Source: Candidatus Eiseniibacteriota bacterium (GTDB lineage: Bacteria > Eisenbacteria > RBG-16-71-46). From it: a stretch of DNA of 64,000 nucleotides. Shown piece by piece: positions 37,601 through 46,089 of the stretch; position 1 is the first letter of the stretch; every line of letters starts with the position of its first letter. The stretch lies in contig JBBRLX010000012.1 in assembly GCA_038231135.1 (NCBI GenBank), positions 1-64,000 on the forward strand. The letters are read 5' to 3'. The notes beneath the pieces were generated by a model. The model was not told where the DNA came from and did not search any database. It saw only the letters and a list, made by a program, of their open reading frames with translations. A program made the position numbers and the translations under genes.

Positions 37601-38456
37601 GATGCGGCAGCAGGGCGCGCGCGTACAGGCCGCACGTCGTGGTCATGAAGTCGAACAGCGCCCACCACGCGATCGACCACAGCACGCCGTCGCGCGCCAC
37701 ACGCGGATCGCGCGCGGCGTAGGCGCGCTGCCAGAACCCGGGATCGACGAGCGTCGACAGCGCGATGAAGTACCACACGAAGATCGCCTGCGGCGGGTTG
37801 CCGCCGTTCCAGGTGAAATGCGAGGCGGGCAGTGCACCCGGCGTGAACGGCAACAGCCCGTGACGCGCGACGAGGAACGCCAGCATCATGGCGAAGCCGA
37901 GGAACATCAGCGCGAACTGCACCTGGTCGGTGAACACCACGGTGCGCAGCCCGCCCTTGTCGATGTAGAACATCGACAGCCCCGCAGCCATCACGATGCA
38001 CGGCGCCAGCGCCCAGCCGGTCATCGCCGAGAACAGCGTGCCCAGCACGAGCACGTATGCCGCCGGCGCCGACGACACGAATACCGTGAACGCGCCGAAC
38101 AGCGCGGCGCCGCGCCCGTAGCGGCGGTCGAGCAGGTCGGGCAGCGTGTAGAGCGACGCCACGCGCGCGCGCCGCGCGAACAGCAGCGCGAACAGCAGCG
38201 CACCCACGTAGTACGGCACGCCGAACACGATCCAGTTCGCCACGCCGTAGCGCCACGAATACTCGCCGACGCCCAGGATCCCGCCGTACCACGTGGCCAC
38301 GAGCGTGGCGACGAACGCCGGCAGCGTGACTGCGCGGCCTGCCACCATGTAGTCGAGCGTTCCCGCCCGGCGTCCGCGACCGCGCCACCACACCACGCCG
38401 AGGAACGCGAAATACGCGGCGACCAGACCCCAGTCGAGCATGCTGTTGCTGAACAT
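34659..38456 (-). CDS. Fusion of sodium:solute symporter (SSS; residues ~1-457) and TonB-dependent receptor (residues ~497-1265); probable thiamine/precursor uptake
   Basis: SSS: DYMVAGR, ATWYGG, YTLPDLL..RYG, GGLRTVVFTD, WQRAYAA, MSTIDS. TBDR: TonB box TLPEVVV, plug 'GYSYLSIRGF..RI.VLINGVPLND', 'QRGVGSS..GA..VGGSVN', C-terminal VRVEF. No stop between the two parts. Confidence 0.85.
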   Translation of the reverse strand: MFSNSMLDWGLVAAYFAFLGVVWWRGRGRRAGTLDYMVAGRAVTLPAFVATLVATWYGGILGVGEYSWRYGVANWIVFGVPYYVGALLFALLFARRARVASLYTLPDLLDRRYGRGAALFGAFTVFVSSAPAAYVLVLGTLFSAMTGWALAPCIVMAAGLSMFYIDKGGLRTVVFTDQVQFALMFLGFAMMLAFLVARHGLLPFTPGALPASHFTWNGGNPPQAIFVWYFIALSTLVDPGFWQRAYAARDPRVARDGVLWSIAWWALFDFMTTTCGLYARALLPHLEDPVYAFPELARVALPHVALGIFYLGMIATVMSTIDSYGFIAATTIGRDFIWRLRRDPDDSRVPFYSRLGLAISTVFATGLALMNHSVIDLWHDIGSVVTPTLLVPVASALLGVGSRGGAWALATMLVPFATALAWVVAKHLHPQQAYPLGMEPIYPGLAASVAMFAAGWAVNKRRRGGGAESGAPLALAAVAFALAATPLSGALAIARAADSASPSMASRAAADSTSPAVAGGGAAASDTLSHVVTLPEVVVNTARADAQAPIARTTLDRAALKSANWGQDTPMALAMLPGAYAYSDAGNGIGYSYLSIRGFPQRRISVLINGVPLNDPESHEVYWIDHPDLLASTAEVQLQRGVGSSLYGAASVGGSVNLDTAPMSDTPAMTASVSGGSYDTRRLMLEMNSGPLAHGWSTYARYSRIETNGYRDQSDTRLWSYAVSVRRLQGRQSLRMNLYGGPEETHLAYLGIPREDLDGGLTGNASDDRRFNPLGYAGERDHFFEPHYELIHSWSPRDRVAFTQTLFWFDGRGYYDEQRFGQDLAGYRLAPWFTADTTAHPGDYFARDSTGAYVTDAQGRRLLERTDIVRRRTVQNQHYGWVPRVRLEHAGGALTLGGELRAHDGRHFGQVVSGNGLPPGTEADLTYYDFHPRTLAAGAYVREEWNARSDVRVTGDLAWRHQRYSMRDDRFDGVRFDQTYDFALPRLGVTWSPTPRVSAFAAWSSAAREPALRDLYDGEGVGNVPLYAQHDPLRQSYRVPLVHPEHVQDWELGGAWQTAGAALTVNLFRMVFRDELVYAGQFDTDLGYPILGNAARSVHQGVELAARGQHALAGGISLAVNANATLSDNHFVEYRERYGTTAADEVRYDGNTIGFFPAALGNLSIALTSHGVRLGADGRCIGRMFLDNTATDAASIAPHSVLDLNGGYGMRVNGARVEFTLRMFNAFDRRYETGGYMDYDAAGNLAPQFIPAATRNALAEVRVEF

Positions 38457-38596
38457 GAGCGATCCTTGCGGGAGCGTCTCGTGCGGGAGCGCCGAAGCTC
38501 GATCCGCGTGCCGCGGCGCGTGAGACGCGCCCGCAACGAGACGCCGTCCACGCAGGGACGGCATGAAAACACAGCGGAGAGCTCGTCGGTTTTCGC

Positions 38597-38676
38597 CGTT
38601 TCCCTACGCTGGCTTTATCCAGTTCAGGTTCGAAGGGTGTGCTCTCAGGCCGGCACTTCGCCGACCACCCCTAACG
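38597..38676 (-). ncRNA. TPP riboswitch (THI element)
   Basis: Minus strand: CGTTAGGGGTG...CTGAGA..CACCCTTCGAACCTGAACTGGATAAAGCCAGCGTAGGGAAACG, with P1 CGTT/AACG; 140 nt upstream of the transporter start. Confidence 0.95.
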
Positions 38677-38791
38677 ACGCGTGTTCGCCGTGGAGGCGAA
38701 CGGGCGGCAGCATGCGCTCACGGAGGGATGTGGCGCAAGTCGGCGCGGGATCATCATTGCCGCCGAGGCCCCCGTCGCCTACGGTCCCGCA

Positions 38792-40354
38792 ATGCCGGTC
38801 GCCGACTCGCACCCGCCTGCCTCGCCGCTCGCCGCGCCGCCCCGCACGTACACGCTGCTCCTGACGCTCCTCGGCCTCGCGACACTCGCGCTCCATCTCG
38901 CGAACGCCACCCGCTACGGCTGGTTCCGGGACGAGTTCTATTACCTCATGTGCGGGCGGCGACTCGCCTGGGGTTATGTCGATCATCCGCCGGTCATCGC
39001 GGCGATCGCCGCGTTCACCGAGCGCGTGCTCGGCGGCTCGATCGCCGCCGTGCGACTGCCGGTGGCGCTCGCGCACGCATTGCTGGTCGTGGTCGCCGGG
39101 CTGATGGCGCGCCAGTTCGGCGGTGGCCGCGGGGCGCAGGTGCTGGCCGCGCTCGCGGTGCTGGCGGGGCCGGTCTATCTGGGCGGCGCATCGACGCTCA
39201 ACATGAATCCCATCGACCAGCTGCTGTGGAGCCTGTGCCTGCTCCTGATGGTGCGCGCGTTCGCGACGGACCGTTCGCCGAATTGGCTGCTGTTCGGCCT
39301 GATCGCGGGCATCGGGCTCATGACCAAGCACTCGACGGCGTTCTTTCTCGCCGCCACGCTCGCCGGCATCGTGGTCTCGCCGCAACGCCGGCTGTTGTTC
39401 CGGCGCGGGCCGTGGATGGCGGCTGCGGTCGCGGCGCTCGTCGTGTCGCCGAATATCTACTGGGAAATCCGGCAGCACTGGCCCACGCTCGAGTTCCTGC
39501 GCAACGCGTCGGCACATAAGAACTATGCCGCGTCGCCGCTCGAGTTTCTTTCGGCTCAGGCGCTGATCATCGGGCCGCTCAGCGTGCCGCTCGTGGTCGC
39601 CGGCGTGATCTGGCTGCTGGTGGCGTCGGGGGCGCGGGTGTTCCGCGCGATCGGCTGGGGGTTCGTCGCGATCTTCGCGTTGCTGTTCGCGATGAAGGCC
39701 AAGCACTACTACATGGCGCCGGCCTATCCGGTGGTGTTCGCCGCGGGCGCGGTGGCGCTCGAGCGCATGACGCGGCGACCGATGCTGCGCTGGCTGCTGC
39801 CGGCCTACGCGGTGCTCGTGGTCGCCGGCGGCGTGGCACTCGTTCCGTTCACCGTTCCCCTGCTGTCGCCGCAAGCGATCCACGACTACGCGATGTCGCT
39901 CGGTCTGCGTGAACCGCAGACCGAGCGACATCGCCCCGCGCGCCTGCCACAGACGTTCGCCGACATGTTCGGCTGGGAGGAGCTGGCGGCGACCGTGGGC
40001 CGCGTGTACCACGCGCTGCCCGATTCCGAGCGCCGTCACTGCGCGGTGTTCGCGAGCAACTACGGCGAGGCGGGCGCGCTCGAATGGTTCGGGCCGCGGT
40101 ACGGCCTGCCGCGGATCGTCAGCGGCCACAACAACTACTTTCTGTGGGGACCGCCAGACTCGCTGACGAATGTCGTGATTACGGTGGGGGAGGATTCGAG
40201 CGACGTCGCGAAATCATTGTTCAGCGTGACGCGGGCCGCGACGTTCAGCCATCCATGGAACATGCCCTATGAGAGCGATCTGCCCATCCTGGTCGCGCGC
40301 CGGATGCGCGCGCCGTGGCGCGTGATCTGGCCGCAGACGAAGAAGTACATCTGA
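38792..40354 (+). CDS. ArnT/PMT-like (GT-C) glycosyltransferase
   Basis: YGWFRDEFYY, LAWGYVDHPP, GLMTK, SPN..W, K.YY.AP.YP, NYGEAGA, SGHNNY..WG. Confidence 0.85.
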   Translation: MPVADSHPPASPLAAPPRTYTLLLTLLGLATLALHLANATRYGWFRDEFYYLMCGRRLAWGYVDHPPVIAAIAAFTERVLGGSIAAVRLPVALAHALLVVVAGLMARQFGGGRGAQVLAALAVLAGPVYLGGASTLNMNPIDQLLWSLCLLLMVRAFATDRSPNWLLFGLIAGIGLMTKHSTAFFLAATLAGIVVSPQRRLLFRRGPWMAAAVAALVVSPNIYWEIRQHWPTLEFLRNASAHKNYAASPLEFLSAQALIIGPLSVPLVVAGVIWLLVASGARVFRAIGWGFVAIFALLFAMKAKHYYMAPAYPVVFAAGAVALERMTRRPMLRWLLPAYAVLVVAGGVALVPFTVPLLSPQAIHDYAMSLGLREPQTERHRPARLPQTFADMFGWEELAATVGRVYHALPDSERRHCAVFASNYGEAGALEWFGPRYGLPRIVSGHNNYFLWGPPDSLTNVVITVGEDSSDVAKSLFSVTRAATFSHPWNMPYESDLPILVARRMRAPWRVIWPQTKKYI

Positions 40355-40365
40355 GTTCGAAACGC

Positions 40366-40395
40366 GAACGGGCCCCACAAATGCAGGGCCCGTTC
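40366..40395 (+). terminator. Stem-loop after the glycosyltransferase (possible terminator)
   Basis: GAACGGGCCC/GGGCCCGTTC 10-bp stem just after the stop; no clear U-tract. Confidence 0.4.
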
Positions 40396-40700
40396 CGATG
40401 CTCGGCCGGCACAGGGTAGCCGGCCGTGGTTCAGGCTCCGCGACTCCCCCTTGACGCCCGGAACCCCTCCCACACCTTAGGCTACGGATCGAGCGCTCCC
40501 GACGGATGAGCGATCGATTCGACAGCAGACGCCCTTGTACCGCGCCGCTTCCGGGCGTAACGTCCGGCCGCCGCGTCTCGGTACGGGCCGCCGTGCGCCT
40601 CGCGTTACGAGGCCGGACACCGTCGCCAGGCGCCGGCGGGCTCGTCCAATCGCCCGCCCCGCACGTAGATCCATTGAACATGAGCGGCAACGAGGTTCAT

Positions 40701-41258
40701 GTGGCCCAGCAAGAACTGGACTTCCAGTGCCTGCAACGCACGCAGGCCGGAGACAGCCGGTCGTTGAGCGAGCTCTACGACCGGTATACGCCACTGCTAT
40801 ACCCGGTGGCGCTCCGGATCCTGCGCAGCCCGGCGGATGCCGAGGATGCGGTGCAGGATGCTTGGCTGCAGGTGTGGAAGCGGTCGGCGAGCTACGACCC
40901 GCGGCGCGGAACCGTCGCGGCCTGGCTGCTCACCGTGGTTCGCACCCGGGCGCTCGATCGATATCGCAGCATGGCATCGCGCAATCGAGCCGAGTCCCGC
41001 GTGGACCCGGAGCCGGTGACTCCCCCTGAAGATCCGACGAGTCAGGCGAGCCAGGTGCAGTTGAGTGCACGGGTTCGATCCGCCATGGCGTCGCTGGCTC
41101 CCCAGCAGCGCCAGGTGCTCGAAATCGCCTACTTCGAAGGGCTGTCGCAGAGCGAGATCGCGGAACGATTGAGCGCGCCGCTCGGCACGGTGAAATCGTG
41201 GACCCGGCAGGGCCTGATGCGCCTGCGGGAGCTGCTGCCTCAGGAGGAGTGGGTGTGA
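40701..41258 (+). CDS. ECF sigma factor (SigK-like); alternative start 40680
   Basis: LYDRY, DAEDAVQDAWLQVW, WLLTVVRTRALD, YFEGLSQSEIA..L..PLGTVKS. Confidence 0.92.
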   Translation: MAQQELDFQCLQRTQAGDSRSLSELYDRYTPLLYPVALRILRSPADAEDAVQDAWLQVWKRSASYDPRRGTVAAWLLTVVRTRALDRYRSMASRNRAESRVDPEPVTPPEDPTSQASQVQLSARVRSAMASLAPQQRQVLEIAYFEGLSQSEIAERLSAPLGTVKSWTRQGLMRLRELLPQEEWV

Positions 41259-42199
41259 GCGACCATCGTCCGGAATACATCGACCTGTGCGCCGCCTGGG
41301 CGCTGGGCTGCCTCGATCAGGGCGACGTGGTCCTGCTCGACGAGCACCTGGCGCAGGGTTGCGCCGAGTGCGGGACGGCGATGGCCGAGTTCTCCGCCGC
41401 CACCGTGCTGGTCGCCGCGTCGGCGCAGCGCGCGCCCGCGTCACCCGCACTTCGCGAACGCGTGATGGCGGCGGCCGTGCAGGCGGCCGGGCCCGCCGCC
41501 ATCGCGGCCGCCGCCATCGCTCCGGTCGCCGGGGCGGCGACGCCGGCCGCGCGACCGGGAGTGGCGCCGGGTTCCGCGCCGCGTGCGGCGCCCCCCGTGA
41601 CCGGCGGCGGCGCGACTGCCGGCGGGCGCGATGGTGCTCGCGACGCCGGCCCGGCGCGGGTGATCGAATTCCGGCAGCGCCCGGCGTGGACGATGTGGGT
41701 GCCGCTGGCCGCGGCGGCGGCGCTCGCGATCGCCTCGGGCGTGCTGTGGATGCGCGTCCACAAGCTCGATTCCGACCTGGCGGCGAGCAACACGGAGATC
41801 GCGCAGTTGCAGCGAACGGCCGAAGAGGGCGACAAGTGGCTGGCGGTGCTGCACTCGGCCGACGCGCGCGTGTCGGTACTCGAGCCGACGACCGACGGCG
41901 ACGCGCGCCTGCGTGCCCGCGCCACCTATGACCCGGCCACGAAGCGGGCCGTGATCGTATTCGAGAACTTCACGAAGCCGACGAATCGCGACTACCAGTT
42001 GTGGGTGATCCGTGACGGCGCGCCGGCGAGCCTCGGCGTCGTGCACGCCGACGACCAGGGCCGCGCGGTGCTGGAGCTCGAAGGTGTCGGCGATTCGTTC
42101 GCGCTGAGCGCGTTCGCCGTATCGCTCGAGCCCGAGGGCGGCTCTCCGAATCCCACGCCGTCCGGACCCGTCGTGATGCTCGGGAAGCTGAGCGGATGA
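41255..42199 (+). CDS. Anti-sigma factor, RskA family
   Basis: N-terminal HLAQGCAEC zinc motif, single TM, 'DYQLW', 'FAVSLEPEGGS..P'; GTGA overlap with the sigma gene. Confidence 0.88.
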   Translation: MSDHRPEYIDLCAAWALGCLDQGDVVLLDEHLAQGCAECGTAMAEFSAATVLVAASAQRAPASPALRERVMAAAVQAAGPAAIAAAAIAPVAGAATPAARPGVAPGSAPRAAPPVTGGGATAGGRDGARDAGPARVIEFRQRPAWTMWVPLAAAAALAIASGVLWMRVHKLDSDLAASNTEIAQLQRTAEEGDKWLAVLHSADARVSVLEPTTDGDARLRARATYDPATKRAVIVFENFTKPTNRDYQLWVIRDGAPASLGVVHADDQGRAVLELEGVGDSFALSAFAVSLEPEGGSPNPTPSGPVVMLGKLSG

Positions 42200-42254
42200 C
42201 TCTGCCGCGCCGACCGGGCCACACCCGCCCCAGCGCCATCGAGCATTCGCCGGC

Positions 42255-43037
42255 ATGATCACCATCCGCCGCGAGAAGAGCACCGATCCCGCCTCGATCC
42301 GCCGCGTCATCGACGCCGCGTTCGGACGCCCGAACGAATCGGCGGCAGTGGAGGCGATGCGCCAGCGCGGCGCGATCGTGCTGTCGCTGGTGGCGATCCG
42401 GGCCGACACGATTATCGCTCAGTTGCTGTTCACCGCGGCACGATTCGATACTTCGACCGCTCCGGTCTGGCTCGACGGCGATCCCGACGCCCCCGCGGAT
42501 GCGGCCGGGAGCGCCGCTGCCGCAGCGCCGGTGGCGCGCCCGGTGCTCCAGCGCCGGACCGAGCCCGAAATCCAGTGGGTATCGCTTGAAGAGGAGTTCG
42601 AGAAGGAAGAGCGTCAACGTGAGATGGAGGAAGTCGCGGAAGCCGCCGCCGCGGTGGCCCGCGCGGCCAAGCGCAAGGCGCCAGCAGAGAAGGTCACGCG
42701 CGTTTCCACGCTCACGGGCGGCGGGATCCGCGTGCCGGAATTCGCGGTGATGGCGCCGGTCGCCGTGATCCCGAATCAGCAGCGCCGCGGCATCGGCAGC
42801 GAACTCGTCGAGGCGGGTCTCGAGCAGTTGTCACGCCTCCACGCTCGCGCCGTGTTCGTGCTCGGCGATTCCAGCTACTACAGCCGGTTCGGCTTCGTGT
42901 CGACGCGGCCGTTCGGCATCGGCTGCGACCCGCCGTCTAGGAGCGCTACGTTCCAGGTGCACGAGCTGCGTGCGGGCACGCTGGCCGGGTTGAACGGCGT
43001 CATACAGTTCGAGCCCGAGCTGAGGAACCTGGGCTGA
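42255..43037 (+). CDS. GNAT N-acetyltransferase (YhbS-like) with large internal insertion
   Basis: AAFGRPNE, APVAV.P..QRRGIGSELV, VFVLGD..YYSRFGF. Confidence 0.8.
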   Translation: MITIRREKSTDPASIRRVIDAAFGRPNESAAVEAMRQRGAIVLSLVAIRADTIIAQLLFTAARFDTSTAPVWLDGDPDAPADAAGSAAAAAPVARPVLQRRTEPEIQWVSLEEEFEKEERQREMEEVAEAAAAVARAAKRKAPAEKVTRVSTLTGGGIRVPEFAVMAPVAVIPNQQRRGIGSELVEAGLEQLSRLHARAVFVLGDSSYYSRFGFVSTRPFGIGCDPPSRSATFQVHELRAGTLAGLNGVIQFEPELRNLG

Positions 43038-44251
43038 ACGCGCGGCCGCCGGGCCAGGATCTGCGCGATCGCCGGCTGCTCTACACCGCCGCGTTCCTGC
43101 GCGCCCTCGCCACCGGTATGGCGGGCGTGCTGCTCGGCATCTACCTGGCGCGCGTCGGCCTCGACGCCACCCACATTGGATTCGTAATCGCCGCCGGGCT
43201 CGCGGGCGGAGCCGTGGCGACGCTGCTCGCCACCCTGCACGGCGATCGCTTCGGACGCCGCCAGTTGCTGATGGTGATCGCGCTGCTCGGAGTCGCGGGG
43301 GGCGCGGTCGTGGCGTTCGCGACCGATCCCTGGGTGCTGGTCGCGGCGTCGTTCCTCGGGATGATGAACGGCATGGGCCGCGATCGCGGCGCGGCGCTGG
43401 CGATCGAGCAGTCGCTGCTGCCGTCGACCACCGGCGACGCGGGTCGCACGCGCGTCGTGGCGTGGTACAGCGTGTTGCAGGACTCGGGACATGCGCTCGG
43501 CAGCCTGTTCGCGGGATTGCCGCAATTGCTGAGAATGCGCGGCGTCGGCGACCTGACCGCGCTGCGGATGCCGTTCGCGTTCTATGGCCTGCTGATCCTG
43601 GCGACGCTGCTGCTCTACCTGAGGTTGTCGCCGGCGCTCGAGGCGGCCCCGCAGGCGCGCACCCTTTCGGTGTCGCCCGAGAGCCGCAAGGTGGTGCTCA
43701 AGATCAGCGCGCTGTTCACGATCGACGCGCTCGGCGGCGGCTTCCTGACGACTGCGCTGATTTCATATTTCTTCTTCAAGCGGTTCCACGTCGAGGAAGG
43801 TGTGATCGGGCTGCTGTTCTTCTTCGCGCGGGTGGCGAATGCGTTCTCGCACCTGGGCGCCGCGTGGCTGGCGCGCCGCATCGGCCTCGTGAACACGATG
43901 GTGTTCACCCACGTGCCGTCGAGCATCCTGCTCGCCACGGTGGCGTTCGCGCCGACCTTCCCGATCGCGGCGGTGCTGTTCCTGCTGCGCGAGGGCCTCG
44001 TCGAGATGGACGTGCCGACGCGCACGTCGTACGTCATGGCAGTCGTGAAGCCCGAGGAGCGGCTCTACGCCTCGGGTGTCACGAGCATCGTGCGCATGGG
44101 CGCGTGGGCCGTGGCCCCGTCGTTCGCGGGACTGTTCATGCAAGGCGTGTCGATGGGCATGCCGCTGTTCATCGGCTCCAGCCTCAAGATCCTCTACGAC
44201 GTGCTGCTGTTCCGCGCGTTCAAGCACGTGAAGCCGCCCGAAGAGCGGTAG
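43034..44251 (+). CDS. MFS transporter (probable CTG start at 43034; first ATG at 43118)
   Basis: GDRFGRR motif, about 12 TMs, EMDVPTR.SY; hydrophobic TM1 lies upstream of the first ATG. Confidence 0.8.
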   Translation: MNARPPGQDLRDRRLLYTAAFLRALATGMAGVLLGIYLARVGLDATHIGFVIAAGLAGGAVATLLATLHGDRFGRRQLLMVIALLGVAGGAVVAFATDPWVLVAASFLGMMNGMGRDRGAALAIEQSLLPSTTGDAGRTRVVAWYSVLQDSGHALGSLFAGLPQLLRMRGVGDLTALRMPFAFYGLLILATLLLYLRLSPALEAAPQARTLSVSPESRKVVLKISALFTIDALGGGFLTTALISYFFFKRFHVEEGVIGLLFFFARVANAFSHLGAAWLARRIGLVNTMVFTHVPSSILLATVAFAPTFPIAAVLFLLREGLVEMDVPTRTSYVMAVVKPEERLYASGVTSIVRMGAWAVAPSFAGLFMQGVSMGMPLFIGSSLKILYDVLLFRAFKHVKPPEER

Positions 44252-44900
44252 CGACCGGGGCGTAGGCCGCGGCGCTGCGGTTCAGAACGCCACGCGAACC
44301 GCCAGCTGCGGATCGCCATGTGCGGGGCACGTTGAGCGCGATCGCCGCACCCTCGAACGGCAGCACCGCGGCGTGGAACTCCCGCACCAGGCGACGCCGG
44401 GCCTCAATCGGATTGGGAGGATGGTAGCCGTAATCCGGCTGGACCCGCGCCGCCTCCTCGAGCGTCATGCCATTGCGCTCGAGCCAGCCTGCGAGTTCCG
44501 GATCGCCCGCCAGTTGGCGGACGTACGAGTGATTCGCGGTGGTGGCGACACGCTGCACGAGCGCGCCCCCGCCCGCCGCCTCGATCACGTATGCCATCGC
44601 GCAGCGCGTGCCGTGCTCGTCGACGAAGCTCGGGCGGCGGCCGGCGGGGAAGTCGTGGTTGTGCGGGAACACCCCGGCGGTCCAGTAGGCGTGGAGCACA
44701 TCGAGGACATGCCCGCGCGCGAGCCGTTGCGTGGGCCCGAGTCGAGAAACATCGCGTATGCGCAGGGCGCGTTCGGCGCGAGCGAGATGGGCGCGGACGC
44801 GGGCTCCGTCAGCAGCGGCGGGATCGCCGGGGACGGTAGCGGATTGGACGACGACGGCGACGGCCCACATACATAGTAATACTGCGGCGCACGGTTTCAT
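44220..44900 (-). CDS. Hypothetical exported protein
   Basis: Signal peptide; protein-like core 'L.AYW.AGVFPHNH..RRPSFVDEHGTRCAMAY'. Overlaps the MFS 3' end by 32 nt. Confidence 0.6.
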   Translation of the reverse strand: MKPCAAVLLCMWAVAVVVQSATVPGDPAAADGARVRAHLARAERALRIRDVSRLGPTQRLARGHVLDVLHAYWTAGVFPHNHDFPAGRRPSFVDEHGTRCAMAYVIEAAGGGALVQRVATTANHSYVRQLAGDPELAGWLERNGMTLEEAARVQPDYGYHPPNPIEARRRLVREFHAAVLPFEGAAIALNVPRTWRSAAGGSRGVLNRSAAAYAPVATALRAASRA

Positions 44901-45034
44901 GGGAGCGTTCCTCCGGGCCCGGCTGCCCCGCGCCGGCCGGATCGGGTTCCCGATTTCCACACGACGAGCCGATCGGATCCTCCACACGCCCCGGCATCTT
45001 CGCCCCGCGCCCCGCCTTGCCGTATGTTCCGAGC

Positions 45035-45844
45035 ATGCGTCAGACCCAGGGCTCGATGATCTGTCCGTCGTGCGGCAAGCTGATCGGCGTCTCCGAGCAG
45101 GAGTGCCCGTTCTGCGGCGCCAAGAATCCGAGCCTGTTCGGCTACGCCCCCGTAATCCAGCGATGGTTCGGGCGCCGGCTCGATCTCATCTCGCTGATCG
45201 TGACGACGTGCGTGGTGCTCTACATCGTGGCGCTCGCGCTCGAGCCCGACGCCATCCTGCATCCGCAGGGCGGATTCTTCGGACTGCTGGCGCCGGGATC
45301 GCGGGCGCTCTACCAGCTGGGCATGACGGGTGGCCTCGCGTGGACGCAGCACTGGTGGTGGACGCTGCTCACCGCAATCTATCTGCACGGCGGGCTGCTG
45401 CACATTTTCTTCAACATCATGTGGATCCGGAACCTCGGCCCGACCGTGGACGAGGCCTACGGACCCGCGCGGGCGTTCGTGATCTTCAGCATCGCGGGCG
45501 CCGTCGGATTCCTGGTGTCGAACCTCGCCGCCGGCACGCCAACGATCGGTGCGTCCGGCAGCATCTTCGGTCTGCTCGCGGCGCTGATCGTCTACAACCG
45601 GCGCACAGGCTCGCATGCCATGACCCAGCAGCTCTGGCAGTGGGCGATCATCATGTTCGTGATGGGCTTCGTGATGAGCGCCGTGAACAACTGGGCGCAC
45701 GCCGGCGGGTTCGCCGGCGGCTGGGTCACCGCCCAATTCATGCGACTCGGCCACGAGAAGCGCGAGAGCATGGGTGTGCAGTTGCTGGCGCTCGCCCTGA
45801 TCGCCCTGACGGCCGTGGGGTTCGTGTTGTCGTTCGTGCGGTGA
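45035..45844 (+). CDS. Rhomboid intramembrane serine protease with N-terminal zinc ribbon
   Basis: CPSCG...CPFCG; H...HIFFN, GASG and AHAGG catalytic motifs. Confidence 0.92.
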   Translation: MRQTQGSMICPSCGKLIGVSEQECPFCGAKNPSLFGYAPVIQRWFGRRLDLISLIVTTCVVLYIVALALEPDAILHPQGGFFGLLAPGSRALYQLGMTGGLAWTQHWWWTLLTAIYLHGGLLHIFFNIMWIRNLGPTVDEAYGPARAFVIFSIAGAVGFLVSNLAAGTPTIGASGSIFGLLAALIVYNRRTGSHAMTQQLWQWAIIMFVMGFVMSAVNNWAHAGGFAGGWVTAQFMRLGHEKRESMGVQLLALALIALTAVGFVLSFVR

Positions 45845-46089
45845 CGTCGCTGCTGATGGGGCACTGAGCGCGGCGATTCCCGCCGAATGCCCGGCCCGAG
45901 CGGCGGTTTGCAGGTTCCGGACGCTCCCCACCGCGCAGTCATCAAGGACCGGGCTCCAGCCGCCGAAAACAACGAGGAATGATCCCGGCCGGTCGTGACC
46001 GCGGGGGAACACCTTGTGTACACTGCCGCCTTAGCGGCCCATGATAAGGCTCGCGAGCATCGAAGCACGGTGCGTAATCCCGGCTTCCG

